Source of the DNA: Candidatus Obscuribacterales bacterium
Lineage (GTDB): Bacteria; Cyanobacteriota; Vampirovibrionia; Obscuribacterales; Obscuribacteraceae
Length of the DNA: 64,000 nt
Assembly: GCA_965228855.1 (NCBI GenBank)
Contig: CBDDIJ010000003.1
Coordinates: forward strand, 1,824,001-1,888,000
Direction of reading: 5' to 3'
Shown here in pieces: positions 19,725-30,105 of the stretch. The position numbers were made by a program, and so were the translations under genes. The notes under the pieces are model-generated. The model did no database searches. It worked only from the letters and a program-made list of their open reading frames with translations, and was not told where the DNA came from. Numbering within the stretch: position 1 is the first letter of the stretch; each line of letters opens with the position of its first letter.

Positions 19725-20674
19725 TGGGCACGAAGATCGAGACGCTGAGAACCTCAAGTGCCGCCGATGCAGGCGCAAAGATTCGTATGACGCTCTCGAT
19801 TGGCTTAGTCGTGTTTCTAGCGATTCTTCCAATTCTCGCACCGATACTGCATCCGGTGACGCCGCCGCTGACTCCATCACACGTGGACCTTACAGTGGCA
19901 AACGTGCCACCATTCACGGGCGATCACTTTCTCGGTACCGATAGTCTTGGCAGAGATGTGCTATCGATGGCGTTGTGGGGGGCGAGAACCTCACTTGCAC
20001 TCGGCTTGGTCGCAGCTTTGTTGGCGGTTTCATTTGGAACGTTATGGGGTGCTGTAAGTTCGCTAATCGGTGGATTCGTCGACACGGTGATGATGCGAAT
20101 CGTCGACGGTCTGCTCGCGATTCCCCCCCTCATTCTTCTTCTAGCCCTCTCTGCACTTGTAAATGGACCGGCGTTCGCCGATACGCTGCCAAAAACCGTT
20201 TTATCGCTGCTCAATGTGACTTCTTACAGCTTGGGCTTCTTGCCGTTCGTCACCGTAATTTCGGTTATCGCGGCGACATCGTGGCTGGAAGCGGCACGGA
20301 TTGCCCACAGCAAGATATCCGCAATACAACTCGAAGAATATATCGAAGCGGCGCGCGCGCTCGGAGCAGGCACAGCGCACACCCTTTTCAAACACCTGGT
20401 ACCCAACGCCTCGCGAATAATCATGATTCAGGCGACACTGCTGATCTCCGACGCGATTGTCATGGAGGCCGGTCTGAGTTTCCTCGGACTCGGGCTCAGT
20501 CCTGACACTCCGAGCTGGGGAACGATGTTGCGCCAGGCTTCCAGCGACTTGTTCCTGGGAAACTGGTGGGCGCCTCTCGTGCCTGCGGCCTTGATATCCC
20601 TGACTGTTCTTGCCGTAGAACTGCTTGGGGAGAGCCTCCTGCGTGTAATCGGGCACGATGACAAGCTACGCTGA
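19724..20674 (+). CDS. peptide/nickel ABC transporter permease (DppC/OppC-like)
   Basis: HFLGTDSLGRDV, EAA motif EYIEAARALGA, EAGLSFLGLG, PSWGTML. Confidence 0.92.
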   Translation: MGTKIETLRTSSAADAGAKIRMTLSIGLVVFLAILPILAPILHPVTPPLTPSHVDLTVANVPPFTGDHFLGTDSLGRDVLSMALWGARTSLALGLVAALLAVSFGTLWGAVSSLIGGFVDTVMMRIVDGLLAIPPLILLLALSALVNGPAFADTLPKTVLSLLNVTSYSLGFLPFVTVISVIAATSWLEAARIAHSKISAIQLEEYIEAARALGAGTAHTLFKHLVPNASRIIMIQATLLISDAIVMEAGLSFLGLGLSPDTPSWGTMLRQASSDLFLGNWWAPLVPAALISLTVLAVELLGESLLRVIGHDDKLR

Positions 20675-20800
20675 AGCCCAGTTTATAAGCCGGTAGCGTT
20701 ATTCCGGATTGTTCAACCCAATTCATACCTACCGGGCGCAAGTGTTTTATACTTTGGGTTAGAAGTGTGAGCGAAAGTTCACTCGTCAACCGGGGAGATT

Positions 20801-21340
20801 TTGATTTTGAAAAACAGCAATAGCAATTTTAAATCGGTGCAACGCATGGCACTACCTGCGGTGCTTACCTTTGCTGTGCTCGCTTTGACAGCATGCGGAA
20901 ACGAAAAATCCGTCACATACAGCTCCGGCGGCATGACGAACACTTTCAACGAAGGTGAAAAAGGCGTTCCCAAAGATCTACAGCTGCTCGTCTACCCCGG
21001 TGCCGAAATCGCAGGCTCCACCTCGGCACAAGATAAAGATGGTGAACATTCGGCTTTCGTTTCGCTCTCCACACCTGATAGCCTTGAGCGAGTTTCCGAC
21101 TGGTATCAAGATTCGCTCAAAAAAAATGGCTGGACAATCGACAACCACGATGCGACGCAGCCGTCATTCGTGAGTATCAGCGGACATCAAAAAGATGTTG
21201 AAATCAATGTGATCGTTGCTCAGGATGCTAACAAAACGACCATCAGCGTTTCAGAAGGAAAATCCGGAGAAGGTGATCCTGTAGACGAAGAAGAGATTGA
21301 GAAATTCACGCCGAACTCAATCGTGCCACCGACGGAATAG
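20801..21340 (+). CDS. hypothetical lipoprotein
   Basis: Lipobox LTAC; VYPGA and WYQDSLKKNGW. The start may be ATG 20846. Confidence 0.7.
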   Translation: MILKNSNSNFKSVQRMALPAVLTFAVLALTACGNEKSVTYSSGGMTNTFNEGEKGVPKDLQLLVYPGAEIAGSTSAQDKDGEHSAFVSLSTPDSLERVSDWYQDSLKKNGWTIDNHDATQPSFVSISGHQKDVEINVIVAQDANKTTISVSEGKSGEGDPVDEEEIEKFTPNSIVPPTE

Positions 21341-21379
21341 CAGTTCTGAGGACAGATTTATTATGCGAGGGTCTGAGTC

Positions 21380-21994
21380 ATGTCTCGGAAAACTATCGTA
21401 TCGCTGCCTGTAGCAGAAATTACTGCGTCATCGATCACTGGCTTTCAAGCGGAGTGCTTGCCGGGCGAGGGAACCCAGTCAGACCTGCCGCCCAAGCCAC
21501 GCTTCGGCAGTTTTTTGCGCGTCGAGTCATCAGATACTTCGATTTTTGCAGTCGCGTATAACGTAATAACCGGACCACAGGACTCGGTTCACAAACCGTC
21601 GGCACTCGGCATGACTCGCGAAGAATTGCGGTTAGAACAGCCGCATATCTTTTCTCTTTTGAAAACGGAAGTGCATGCACTCCTGGTCGGACACGGCTCC
21701 GAGGCTCGGATTTATCAGCATCTGCCGCCTCACCCTCCCGACGTACATGACTTTGTATACCAGGCTACGCAAGAAGAAATTCGAGAGCTAACCAGCAACT
21801 TCGAATTTCTGCGTTTACTGTTAAACGTCAGCGAAATTCCCAGTGACGAGCTTATAGCTGCCACTATCCGCGAGGCTCACCTGGCTCTCGGCAAAGACCC
21901 TGATTTCCTTGTTGAAGCAGGTCGCGCGCTTTCAAATATAATGCGTTCCGATTACGATCGCCTCCTCACAATTTTGAAAAAGATACGTCCCTGA
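21380..21994 (+). CDS. HAS-barrel domain-like protein
   Basis: PRFGSFLRV, ALGMTREELRLEQPHIFSLL and YQHLPPHPPDVH resemble the cyanobacterial HAS-barrel family. Confidence 0.7.
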   Translation: MSRKTIVSLPVAEITASSITGFQAECLPGEGTQSDLPPKPRFGSFLRVESSDTSIFAVAYNVITGPQDSVHKPSALGMTREELRLEQPHIFSLLKTEVHALLVGHGSEARIYQHLPPHPPDVHDFVYQATQEEIRELTSNFEFLRLLLNVSEIPSDELIAATIREAHLALGKDPDFLVEAGRALSNIMRSDYDRLLTILKKIRP

Positions 21995-21995
21995 A

Positions 21996-22835
21996 TTGAA
22001 TAAACGCAATTTTCAAGAAGTAAACTCAAACAAGTGGTCTGCGACAATAGACTGGAGAAGCGCTCTGGCTGTCATTTCTTCGACCATCTTGCTAGGCTCC
22101 CTGCCCCAGAGTCCGCCGATCTCGAAAGAAATTGCGAATTCGATTCTAACGTTTACTGAACACTTTCAATTGGATTTGACGGTGGCGGAAACCGTCAAAT
22201 TGTATGGGAAGGACGCAAGAACTCGCATTGCGCCATTTTTCAAAAAAGCGCGGATCCCCTATCCGCCCTCAAAACTCACGTTTCTCTCACTAAAACAGGA
22301 GCGTGTGCTCATTGTCTTTGCTCCGGACGGCAACGGAGGATGGAAACAAATCAACGGCTACTATGTTGTGGGCACGAGTGGAAAGGCCGGTCCCAAGCTT
22401 AGAGAAGGCGACCTGCAAATTCCCGAGGGATTTTACAAAATAACCGGTCTCTATCCGAACTCGATTGCACATCTAGGATTACGAATAAACTATCCGAATG
22501 CTCAAGACAAACTCAGAGCGAGAAAAGATAACCGCACCAAACTCGGTGGCGACATTTTAATACATGGCAGCTACTGGTCGACTGGTTGTCTGGCTATGGG
22601 CAACGCAGCAATCGAAGAGATTTACATAATGGCGAATGACGTCGGTTGCAACAACATACGAATGATTTTTGCTCCCTGTAATTTGAAAACCACGAAACCT
22701 GACATCGACTTCAAAAAGCAGCCGGACTGGGTCCCGATTCTATATAGGGATTTGATGACAGAGTTAAAACTCTATCCAATTGAAATCGATCCGCAATGGC
22801 AGTCCAAAGCGCCTGCCAAGCCAACCGACGACTAG
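21996..22835 (+). CDS. L,D-transpeptidase (YkuD/YafK-like) family protein
   Basis: GPKLREGDLQIPEGFY, LGGDILIHG and STGCLA (His/Cys catalytic motif). Confidence 0.88.
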   Translation: MNKRNFQEVNSNKWSATIDWRSALAVISSTILLGSLPQSPPISKEIANSILTFTEHFQLDLTVAETVKLYGKDARTRIAPFFKKARIPYPPSKLTFLSLKQERVLIVFAPDGNGGWKQINGYYVVGTSGKAGPKLREGDLQIPEGFYKITGLYPNSIAHLGLRINYPNAQDKLRARKDNRTKLGGDILIHGSYWSTGCLAMGNAAIEEIYIMANDVGCNNIRMIFAPCNLKTTKPDIDFKKQPDWVPILYRDLMTELKLYPIEIDPQWQSKAPAKPTDD

Positions 22836-23656
22836 TCTCTTTGGCGAGACAATTCGTGATTGCCTGAAGCTCCTGCGTCAGAAGCCCCAGACGCGGAATC
22901 TCTGTTTATCGCGCTGCGCGTCGCCGTGACTTGCGTACGCTCACCTGAATCGGCGCCGACTGCTTTGATGTTAGCGCAAGGGCATGAACGCGAGCTGATG
23001 GCCTGCGTTTTGATAGTTTTAAGATGATGGTGAGCTACGTAATCTTTAATCCATTCTCTATTGTTCTCAAGCACATCGTCGTAGAACCAGAAGGTCGGCC
23101 ACTTTCTGCGAAGCTCGTGGCATTTAAGCTCATCTCGAACTTGATCGATATTCCACCCTTCAAAAGCCATACGATAGAGTTCCAGATAAAAAGATGTGCG
23201 ATCTCTACCGCCAACGCAGAATATATAAACAGGCTGATTCTCAGGATTACCAACGATCGACAGAAATTTTTCCATCTCAACACGAGTAGGTTTTTTGATG
23301 ACACCAGTCTTCACGTGAAACCACTTCATACCTATACTCTCGGCGAATTTCTCGTCCTTGTGCCGTGGGTTGGTGCGCAAACAAACTAGAGACTTAACGC
23401 CGACGGCTTTCAGTTGACTCATCTTGTCACGATCGGGCTGATGCCCCCAGAAAAGAATCCGTGAGGCTTGTCCTTCGCGCGATAACGATGGCAGCACTGT
23501 CAGTGGTATCACTAGAATCAAACTAAGCAGCGCAACAACGGATCGATCGAGGACACGCCTGTTCCGAGCGTCCTCACGAATATATCCAAGAGAGTCATTG
23601 AAGAGTAAAGTCAAAACGGGCTCCCTGAGGCGGTTTCTATGCCGTCGAGCGCTCAC
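22832..23656 (-). CDS. protein-tyrosine/dual-specificity phosphatase family protein
   Basis: Cx5R motif (PVYIFCVGGRDRT), GVKSLVCLR and an N-terminal hydrophobic segment. Start uncertain. Confidence 0.8.
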   Translation of the reverse strand: MSARRHRNRLREPVLTLLFNDSLGYIREDARNRRVLDRSVVALLSLILVIPLTVLPSLSREGQASRILFWGHQPDRDKMSQLKAVGVKSLVCLRTNPRHKDEKFAESIGMKWFHVKTGVIKKPTRVEMEKFLSIVGNPENQPVYIFCVGGRDRTSFYLELYRMAFEGWNIDQVRDELKCHELRRKWPTFWFYDDVLENNREWIKDYVAHHHLKTIKTQAISSRSCPCANIKAVGADSGERTQVTATRSAINRDSASGASDAGASGNHELSRQRD

Positions 23657-24096
23657 AACGACCTGCAGAATTCGCTTACAGGCTCTATTTAGCGCTCTCC
23701 TCGATCATTGTTGCCCGTCAAGTCTGAGAAAGCTGGGATTTCTTGAAAGCTAGTTTGAGCCGGATGCGCTCAATTTTTTTTTCAGAAGAGCGCTGTTCAT
23801 GGACCTTTCAACGTAGAAGGCTCGCCCGCACCGGCGGAAGTAAATGGCCCCCTGGAGAATCAGGCAAACAGCAACCGAAAGAAGAGTGACAGAATCGCGC
23901 ATCAGGCTGACTACGAATTTCGACATCCCGGTAAAGCAGGCAAACTGGCGGTTTTGAGATGCAGGAGTCATGAATACCGGTCTGCTGCTGAAACGCCGAC
24001 CTTCGTTACATTTAGTGCGGAAACGGAAACAGGCGCTACATTGAGGCTAATATTGTCTGGCCGGCTCAATGCGGCTTGCCAGGAGAGAAAGTTCGC

Positions 24097-25071
24097 GTGC
24101 GCATAATTTACTTAGGTACCCCAGAATTTGCCGTCCCAACTTTGAAGCGGTTGATTGAAGAAAAAGACTTTGAGGTTGTTGCGGCCGTTTGTCAGCCGGA
24201 CAGACCCAAAGGTAGAGGCAACAAACTTGCAGCGCCACCAGTTAAGGTCACTGCGCAAGAGCATGGCATCCCGGTTCTTCAGCCGGAGAAATTAGCAAAG
24301 GCGCCGGAAATCGTCCAAGCCATGAGGGACCTCAATCCTGACGTCATCGTGATGGTGGCATTTGGACAAATTTTGAAGGAGGCGGTTCTAAAAATGCCTC
24401 CATACGGTGTCATAAACCTGCATGGTTCTTTGCTTCCACATTACCGGGGCGCAGCACCTATTAATTGGTCGATCCTTAATGGCGATACCAAAACCGGTAT
24501 CACGACGATGCAAACAGAAGCAGGCGTCGATACCGGACCGATGCTTCTCAAAGCGGAAGTTGAGATAACGGAGAACATGACAGCGCCCGAGTTGGCAGAG
24601 AAACTGTCAACAGTCGGAGCTGAGCTTATAGTAAAAACATTACGCGGGCTCAAAGATGGCTCGGTGACGCCGGAAAAACAGGACGATTCGCTGGCTACTT
24701 TTGCGCCGATCATGACTAAAGAAATGGCTGACATCGACTGGTCGAAATCCGCACGACACATCCATAATCAGGTTCGAGGTCTCGTGCCATGGCCGGGAAC
24801 TTCGACCGTATTTCGGGGTACACAATTAAAGATCGTGAAAACTGAACTGGTGAAGGATGGTGGCACGAACCAGAAAGAGTTGCCACCAGGGACGATACTG
24901 ACGACGAGCAAGGAAGTACTGGTATCCTGTGGCGCGACTGGCAGCGAACGTCTGCGGTTAGTTCTCGTAAAGCCACAAGGTAAAGGAGATGTAGAAGCTA
25001 GAAGCTGGGCTAATGGCGCTCGACTAACCGATTCAGACAGATTTGAAAACAGTAAGCAACTGGCAACATAA
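24097..25071 (+). CDS. fmt: methionyl-tRNA formyltransferase
   Basis: RIIYLGTPEFA, QPDRPKGRG, INLHGSLLPHYRGAAPI. GTG start at 24097. Confidence 0.97.
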   Translation: MRIIYLGTPEFAVPTLKRLIEEKDFEVVAAVCQPDRPKGRGNKLAAPPVKVTAQEHGIPVLQPEKLAKAPEIVQAMRDLNPDVIVMVAFGQILKEAVLKMPPYGVINLHGSLLPHYRGAAPINWSILNGDTKTGITTMQTEAGVDTGPMLLKAEVEITENMTAPELAEKLSTVGAELIVKTLRGLKDGSVTPEKQDDSLATFAPIMTKEMADIDWSKSARHIHNQVRGLVPWPGTSTVFRGTQLKIVKTELVKDGGTNQKELPPGTILTTSKEVLVSCGATGSERLRLVLVKPQGKGDVEARSWANGARLTDSDRFENSKQLAT

Positions 25072-26528
25072 TGGACAAGGAATCCTCAAAGAATAAAACA
25101 GCTCCACGTGGGTTTCAATCCAGAAAAATCGCCGTGGAAGTTCTCGTTCGAGTCAACGAGTCCGGCGCGTATTCCAATCTCGCCCTGTCGCAGGCACTCA
25201 AAAATAGCCAACTATCGGCCCGCGATAAAGCATTCGTAACTCTGCTCGTTCAGGGAGTAACAAGGAACCTGAGTGAAGTGGATGGCGTGATCGCCAGGTT
25301 TTCAAAAAATCCTTTAGATACACTTCCAGGCGTGCTTCTCAATACTCTGCGACTGGGAATCTTTCAGCTGGAATTCCTGGAAGATACGCCACCACCGGCA
25401 GTGTTAAACACTTCCACTGCAGTAGCTAAGGCATGCGGGCACAAAGGCATGGCGTCATACACTACAGCAGTGCTGCGCAATTATCTGCGAGCCCGCGAGG
25501 CTGACGGAGGAGCCGCACTGATTCGGAAAGACACTGCCGAGGATGCATCCGCCGAACTAGCCGCAGAGAATAGAATCGAATCACTGGCAAAGAAATTCTC
25601 AGTTCCTGAATGGCTCGTAAAACGATGGTTCGAGAACTTTTCTGAGAAAGAAGCTCTGTGTCTATTACAGTATTCCAGGTCCGAACCTCGCATTGTACTT
25701 AGAACAAATGATCTAAAAACGACGACGGAAGAGTTCATGCAGACATTGAAAAATGCCGGCGTGGAGTTCGATGTTTCGCCACTCGTGCCATCATGCCTGG
25801 TGCTGAAATCTAAGGGGAGAGGGCGAGGAAACCCATCTGAATTACCGGGATACAGCGAAGGGCTATTCAGTATTCAAGACGACACCGCTGCCTTTGTCTC
25901 AAAAGTACTTTCTCCGGAACCCGGCAACCTGGTCATAGATCTTTGTGCCGCGCCTGGCGGAAAAGCGCTCTACATAGGCGAATTGATGGGAAACAAAGGT
26001 CGCATCATCGCGGTGGACACGCGAGCGAAACGATTGGAGCTTTTGAAAACAAACCGCCGCCGCCTTGGCGTTATGAATATCGAAATCGTAGAGGCGGATG
26101 GCACAAACTTCGATTTCCAGCCTCAAGCAGATCGCATCTTGGTTGATGCGCCATGCTCTGGAACAGGCGTTTTAAATCGGCGCGCCGATCTTCGCCATCG
26201 CCGAGTAGAACATGACATCGAGAGCCTGGCAAAACTTCAGTACGACCTGCTTGCCAATGCGCAGAGACTGCTAAAGCCGGGCGGAGTCATGGTGTACGCA
26301 ACCTGTACGGTGGAACCGGAAGAGAATGAGCAGGTGGTCCGAAAATTTCTCGAAAACCATTCGGACTTTTACCTCGACGACCTCACACCGTTTTTCCCTG
26401 CAGAATTAGTTGAGCAGCACCAACTTCAGGATGTTTTGAAGACCGGCATGATCCAGATTCTGCCGACGATCAGCGACTTATCCGGATTCTACATCGCTCG
26501 CCTGGTAAAAGCCGAGCAACAACCTTAG
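25071..26528 (+). CDS. rsmB: 16S rRNA m5C967 methyltransferase RsmB (Sun)
   Basis: NusB-like N-terminus; DLCAAPGGK, DAPCSGTG, YATCT; follows fmt. Confidence 0.93.
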   Translation: MDKESSKNKTAPRGFQSRKIAVEVLVRVNESGAYSNLALSQALKNSQLSARDKAFVTLLVQGVTRNLSEVDGVIARFSKNPLDTLPGVLLNTLRLGIFQLEFLEDTPPPAVLNTSTAVAKACGHKGMASYTTAVLRNYLRAREADGGAALIRKDTAEDASAELAAENRIESLAKKFSVPEWLVKRWFENFSEKEALCLLQYSRSEPRIVLRTNDLKTTTEEFMQTLKNAGVEFDVSPLVPSCLVLKSKGRGRGNPSELPGYSEGLFSIQDDTAAFVSKVLSPEPGNLVIDLCAAPGGKALYIGELMGNKGRIIAVDTRAKRLELLKTNRRRLGVMNIEIVEADGTNFDFQPQADRILVDAPCSGTGVLNRRADLRHRRVEHDIESLAKLQYDLLANAQRLLKPGGVMVYATCTVEPEENEQVVRKFLENHSDFYLDDLTPFFPAELVEQHQLQDVLKTGMIQILPTISDLSGFYIARLVKAEQQP

Positions 26529-26677
26529 CGTTCTTCTTCGGTTTCCTGATTGAAAAGCGAATAGAGCAGTAGATTGTCCGCATCTTCAACCCACATTTTA
26601 CGCGGCAACAGTTCCAGCAGGTTTAGAAAATCTAGTCGTTTCGACGTGGAATTGACCGGTTTCTTGTCGTCTTTCAT
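26525..26677 (-). CDS. putative small protein (50 aa)
   Basis: Hand-translated MKDDKKPVNSTSKRLDFLNLLELLPRKMWVEDADNLLLYSLFNQETEEER; GGAGA upstream; stop overlaps the rsmB stop. Confidence 0.45.
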   Translation of the reverse strand: MKDDKKPVNSTSKRLDFLNLLELLPRKMWVEDADNLLLYSLFNQETEEER

Positions 26678-26869
26678 ACCATTCTCTCCGTGAACAAGAT
26701 GAAGGGTAACGGACCATCGTTTAAGACAGAGTTAAAACTGCAATGTTTTGTTCCAGTCGGCCAACTCAGGTCTGGGCAAGGTATTCAGGGTAAATCCCGG
26801 TTTGAACGGAAGGTCAAACTGGGTACGTCTCAAACGGAGACCCTCGACGCACGGTTCCGAGGTTATGAG

Positions 26870-27721
26870 ATGGAGATTTTCCAATTACTGTTCAGCACGC
26901 CGATGATGTTCTTCTACGCCTTTGTGGTGATAGCGTATTTGCTTTCCGCTGTTCGCTTCGTGAAAGAATACGACCGTCTTGTAATTTTTACGCTCGGGCA
27001 AGTTAAGGGGGTCGGCGGACCAGGATTCACGATGGTCTATCCGATCATTCAGTCGGAGAAAAAAGTCGACCTGCGCATGATTACCATGTCAATTCCGATG
27101 CAAGAAATTATCACCAAGGATAACGTGTCAGCCAGGACGGCCGCGGTGTGTTTCTTCCAGGTTGTCGATCCTTATAAAGCGGTCACTAAAGTCGAAGACC
27201 CGGTTAATGCAACCAGCCAGATCGCGCAGACCACGCTGCGAAGCGTACTCGGTCAACATGAACTCGATGACCTTCTGACAGAACGCGATCAGATCAATCA
27301 GAAACTGTCGGCAATCATCGACAGACAAACTGAACCCTGGGGCATCAAAGTAATATCGGTCGAAGTCAAAGATGTAGAAATTCCTGAGACAATGCAACGA
27401 GCAATGGCTCGCCAGGCAGAGGCTGAGCGGGAGCGTCGCGCAAAAATCGTTGCCGCCGAGGGTGAACTGCAGGCTGCAGAGAAACTTGCTGAAGCGGCGA
27501 GAACAATCGGGGCTTCGCCGGGAGCGATGCAACTGCGTCAACTGCAAACAATGGTGGAAGTTTCAGCGGAAAATAATTCAACCATTATCTTCCCAGTGCC
27601 CATCGAGCTTTTCGAGAAATCTCATAAGCTGCAATTGCCTGTCGAGAAGATGGCGGAATCTATTAATAACCTTCAAAATCAAAACAAGCTGAAAGTCAAC
27701 GAGCAAGAAAAGCAGCAGTAA
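26870..27721 (+). CDS. SPFH/stomatin (slipin) family protein
   Basis: QEIITKDNV, AQTTLRSVLG, RAMARQAEAERERRAK. Start moved to ATG 26870. Confidence 0.93.
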   Translation: MEIFQLLFSTPMMFFYAFVVIAYLLSAVRFVKEYDRLVIFTLGQVKGVGGPGFTMVYPIIQSEKKVDLRMITMSIPMQEIITKDNVSARTAAVCFFQVVDPYKAVTKVEDPVNATSQIAQTTLRSVLGQHELDDLLTERDQINQKLSAIIDRQTEPWGIKVISVEVKDVEIPETMQRAMARQAEAERERRAKIVAAEGELQAAEKLAEAARTIGASPGAMQLRQLQTMVEVSAENNSTIIFPVPIELFEKSHKLQLPVEKMAESINNLQNQNKLKVNEQEKQQ

Positions 27722-27741
27722 ACGTTAAGAAGCAGCACCAC

Positions 27742-28296
27742 CTACGGTGCCGGTTTCGAGAGAAACTCCGGAAGCGTCAAATCTTTCGGTTTCTTCACTA
27801 TCCACACACATGCCTCAGCCACAGCGTCTTTTAGCGCCTCATCAGGGTCTTCAGCCATCTCGTGCTCGAAGATTAATCGATACGCGGCGACGTTTTCGCC
27901 ATACCAGAGAAAGACGCGAATGGAATCTCCACGACCGAAGTTAACCAGCAAGTGATCGAGATCTTGCGGCGGAGAAACATCGAAGCCTCGCTTATATTCA
28001 GTGATTGTGTCGAGCCCATAGGCCACATCGAGTCCGGCTCTGTGCTTCCCGAACATGCCGGACTCTTTGAAGGCTCGACCGCGGCAAATCACAACTTTGT
28101 CCTTGCCTCGCCGATAGGTCAGCCAGCCCTTCCAATCAGCGGGAGCCGCATCAGCGAGTTTCAAACCGATTTCCTTTTCAACGATGGACAAAAGAATTTC
28201 GCACTCGGGAGTGAGCTCTTCCAGCCCCCTGCGAGCCTCTTCTTTGGCGATTATCTCCGACTCCAGTTCCAAAAGCCGGGCGTGAAATTTTGACAC
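27742..28296 (-). CDS. hypothetical protein
   Basis: 184-aa ORF filling the gap, co-oriented with the upstream genes. Confidence 0.65.
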   Translation of the reverse strand: MSKFHARLLELESEIIAKEEARRGLEELTPECEILLSIVEKEIGLKLADAAPADWKGWLTYRRGKDKVVICRGRAFKESGMFGKHRAGLDVAYGLDTITEYKRGFDVSPPQDLDHLLVNFGRGDSIRVFLWYGENVAAYRLIFEHEMAEDPDEALKDAVAEACVWIVKKPKDLTLPEFLSKPAP

Positions 28297-28331
28297 TCTA
28301 CCTATCCACCTTTCCGTGATTTAATTATGCC

Positions 28332-29177
28332 CTAAAGCAGCAATTCGTTGTATGCAAGACTGGCGGCGACGATAAGCATAACTATTCCAAACCCGCGTCG
28401 CAGCCAAGAATCTTTGAGCCTCAACGCCAGAGTGCTTCCGAGAAATGAGCCGGGAATCGAACCGAACATCATCGCAAACATCAACGGAAAATCGACGTGA
28501 CCGGCAATGGCATGCGTAATAGTTCCCGGAATTGAAATTGCAGCGACCACGAGAAGCGACGTTCCAAACGCGGTTTTAATAGGCGTTTTAAACAGATACA
28601 TCAAGCAAGGTACAAATATAAAGCCACCACCGACGCCGAAGAAACCAGCCATGAATCCGGCGAAAAGTCCGATGAGGAGCAATTTAATCGTTCGCTTTGA
28701 TAGATTGCCGAGGATCCGGCGATTATCTTCCTCCTGCTCGAGTTCGTCGATTTCAACTGCGGTTTTATCTCCCTGTTTCTCCGCCGAACGCGCAAAGAGT
28801 TTCAACACCACACCAAAAGTCAGGTCCAGACCTGCAACACAGACGAATGCGGCAAACGATAGCATGAGCGCCGTGCCGTGTACGAAAGTCGTAGCAATCG
28901 CACCAAGGATTACGCCTAGCACCGCAGGCGATACCATTGTGAAACCCATCTTGAGATCTATCTCTTGCTTGCGAATGTAATTGAACGTCCCGCTTATCGA
29001 GGTCGGGATGATAAGAGCCATCGTCGTTCCCACAGCGACGTGCGGCGAAATATTCAACGTCAAACGCAAAAGCGGGGTCGAAACAGTGCCGCCCCCAATT
29101 CCAAAAGCTCCGGAGAACAAACCGGTAACTAAACCGATCGCCAGAGCAAGTAAAATGTGTCCAGTTACAAAACTCAC
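28332..29177 (-). CDS. sulfite exporter TauE/SafE family protein
   Basis: Duplicated GLFSGAFGIGGG / GFMAGFFGVGGG motifs; AVGTT / AFGTSL. Confidence 0.92.
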   Translation of the reverse strand: MSFVTGHILLALAIGLVTGLFSGAFGIGGGTVSTPLLRLTLNISPHVAVGTTMALIIPTSISGTFNYIRKQEIDLKMGFTMVSPAVLGVILGAIATTFVHGTALMLSFAAFVCVAGLDLTFGVVLKLFARSAEKQGDKTAVEIDELEQEEDNRRILGNLSKRTIKLLLIGLFAGFMAGFFGVGGGFIFVPCLMYLFKTPIKTAFGTSLLVVAAISIPGTITHAIAGHVDFPLMFAMMFGSIPGSFLGSTLALRLKDSWLRRGFGIVMLIVAASLAYNELLL

Positions 29178-29923
29178 ATGTACTTCGAGATTATTCTGCC
29201 AAGATCAGGATTGTCCACGATCATTTGGTCAAATATAGGATTTCTTGAGAGTATCCTTATGATCTTCTTGTCTCTTTGAATTGCCGAGTAGATTCCTTCG
29301 GGGTCCAACATGGCTACTTCTTTGACCTCGCCGTTGGCGGCAAGCACGCGGGCCGCCGACTTCCACTTCGTTATTCGCCGACAGACGTAATGGTCTGCGT
29401 CCGCAATCTCCGAGAGCCTCGGGTGCTTGGCAAGCAGCTTGGCAGCGCTTTTGTGATCGGTAATCGCCTCGATTACTCGCGGATTTGCGTCCGCAACCTT
29501 ATCGAGCCAGTGGTATTTCGCTAACCGCTTAGCCGCCTTCCCGTCGAAGCGCAGGCGCAAGGTATCAGGTCCGGCATCCTTCAAAATCGATTGCACGGCG
29601 CTGTCAATTTCCTTTTGCTCAGCCGCCGTTGATGTTTTCGCCGGGACAACAGGACTGGCGGGAACGGAGGAGCCGACAGGCACAACCGGCAGTTTCACGA
29701 ACGGTTTCAATTTCGCCGGAGACTCCCAGCCTTCTGCTGAATTGGTCTTCCCTTCATCACCGAAAGCCGGGGCGATCAAACTTGAAGCACACAAGATGCT
29801 CACTGAAACTGCCGCGGCACCGAAGAAACGCTTGAGCCGCTTCCCGGATTGCAAACGGCTGTGCGACTCTTCGCATTCGAAACTGAATAATGCCACCACG
29901 TTTAATTCACCCGGGAAGTTCAT
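29174..29923 (-). CDS. hypothetical secreted protein with ~30-aa helical repeats
   Basis: Signal-like segment, Pro-rich linker and four imperfect repeats. Confidence 0.7.
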   Translation of the reverse strand: MNFPGELNVVALFSFECEESHSRLQSGKRLKRFFGAAAVSVSILCASSLIAPAFGDEGKTNSAEGWESPAKLKPFVKLPVVPVGSSVPASPVVPAKTSTAAEQKEIDSAVQSILKDAGPDTLRLRFDGKAAKRLAKYHWLDKVADANPRVIEAITDHKSAAKLLAKHPRLSEIADADHYVCRRITKWKSAARVLAANGEVKEVAMLDPEGIYSAIQRDKKIIRILSRNPIFDQMIVDNPDLGRIISKYM

Positions 29924-30105
29924 TTATTGATCGAATTCTATCACGCGCCAATCTGAGCAGGATTCGCGAATCACATGACACCGATGGCGATACTATATAT
30001 CTAGAACTAACGCGTCCGATATTCAACGCAAATTACAAGACTGCCAAATAGATTTTTCCGCCGCGTCTGCGGTCAATAGTAGAATGGAGAAGTGTCTCCG
30101 AGGTC

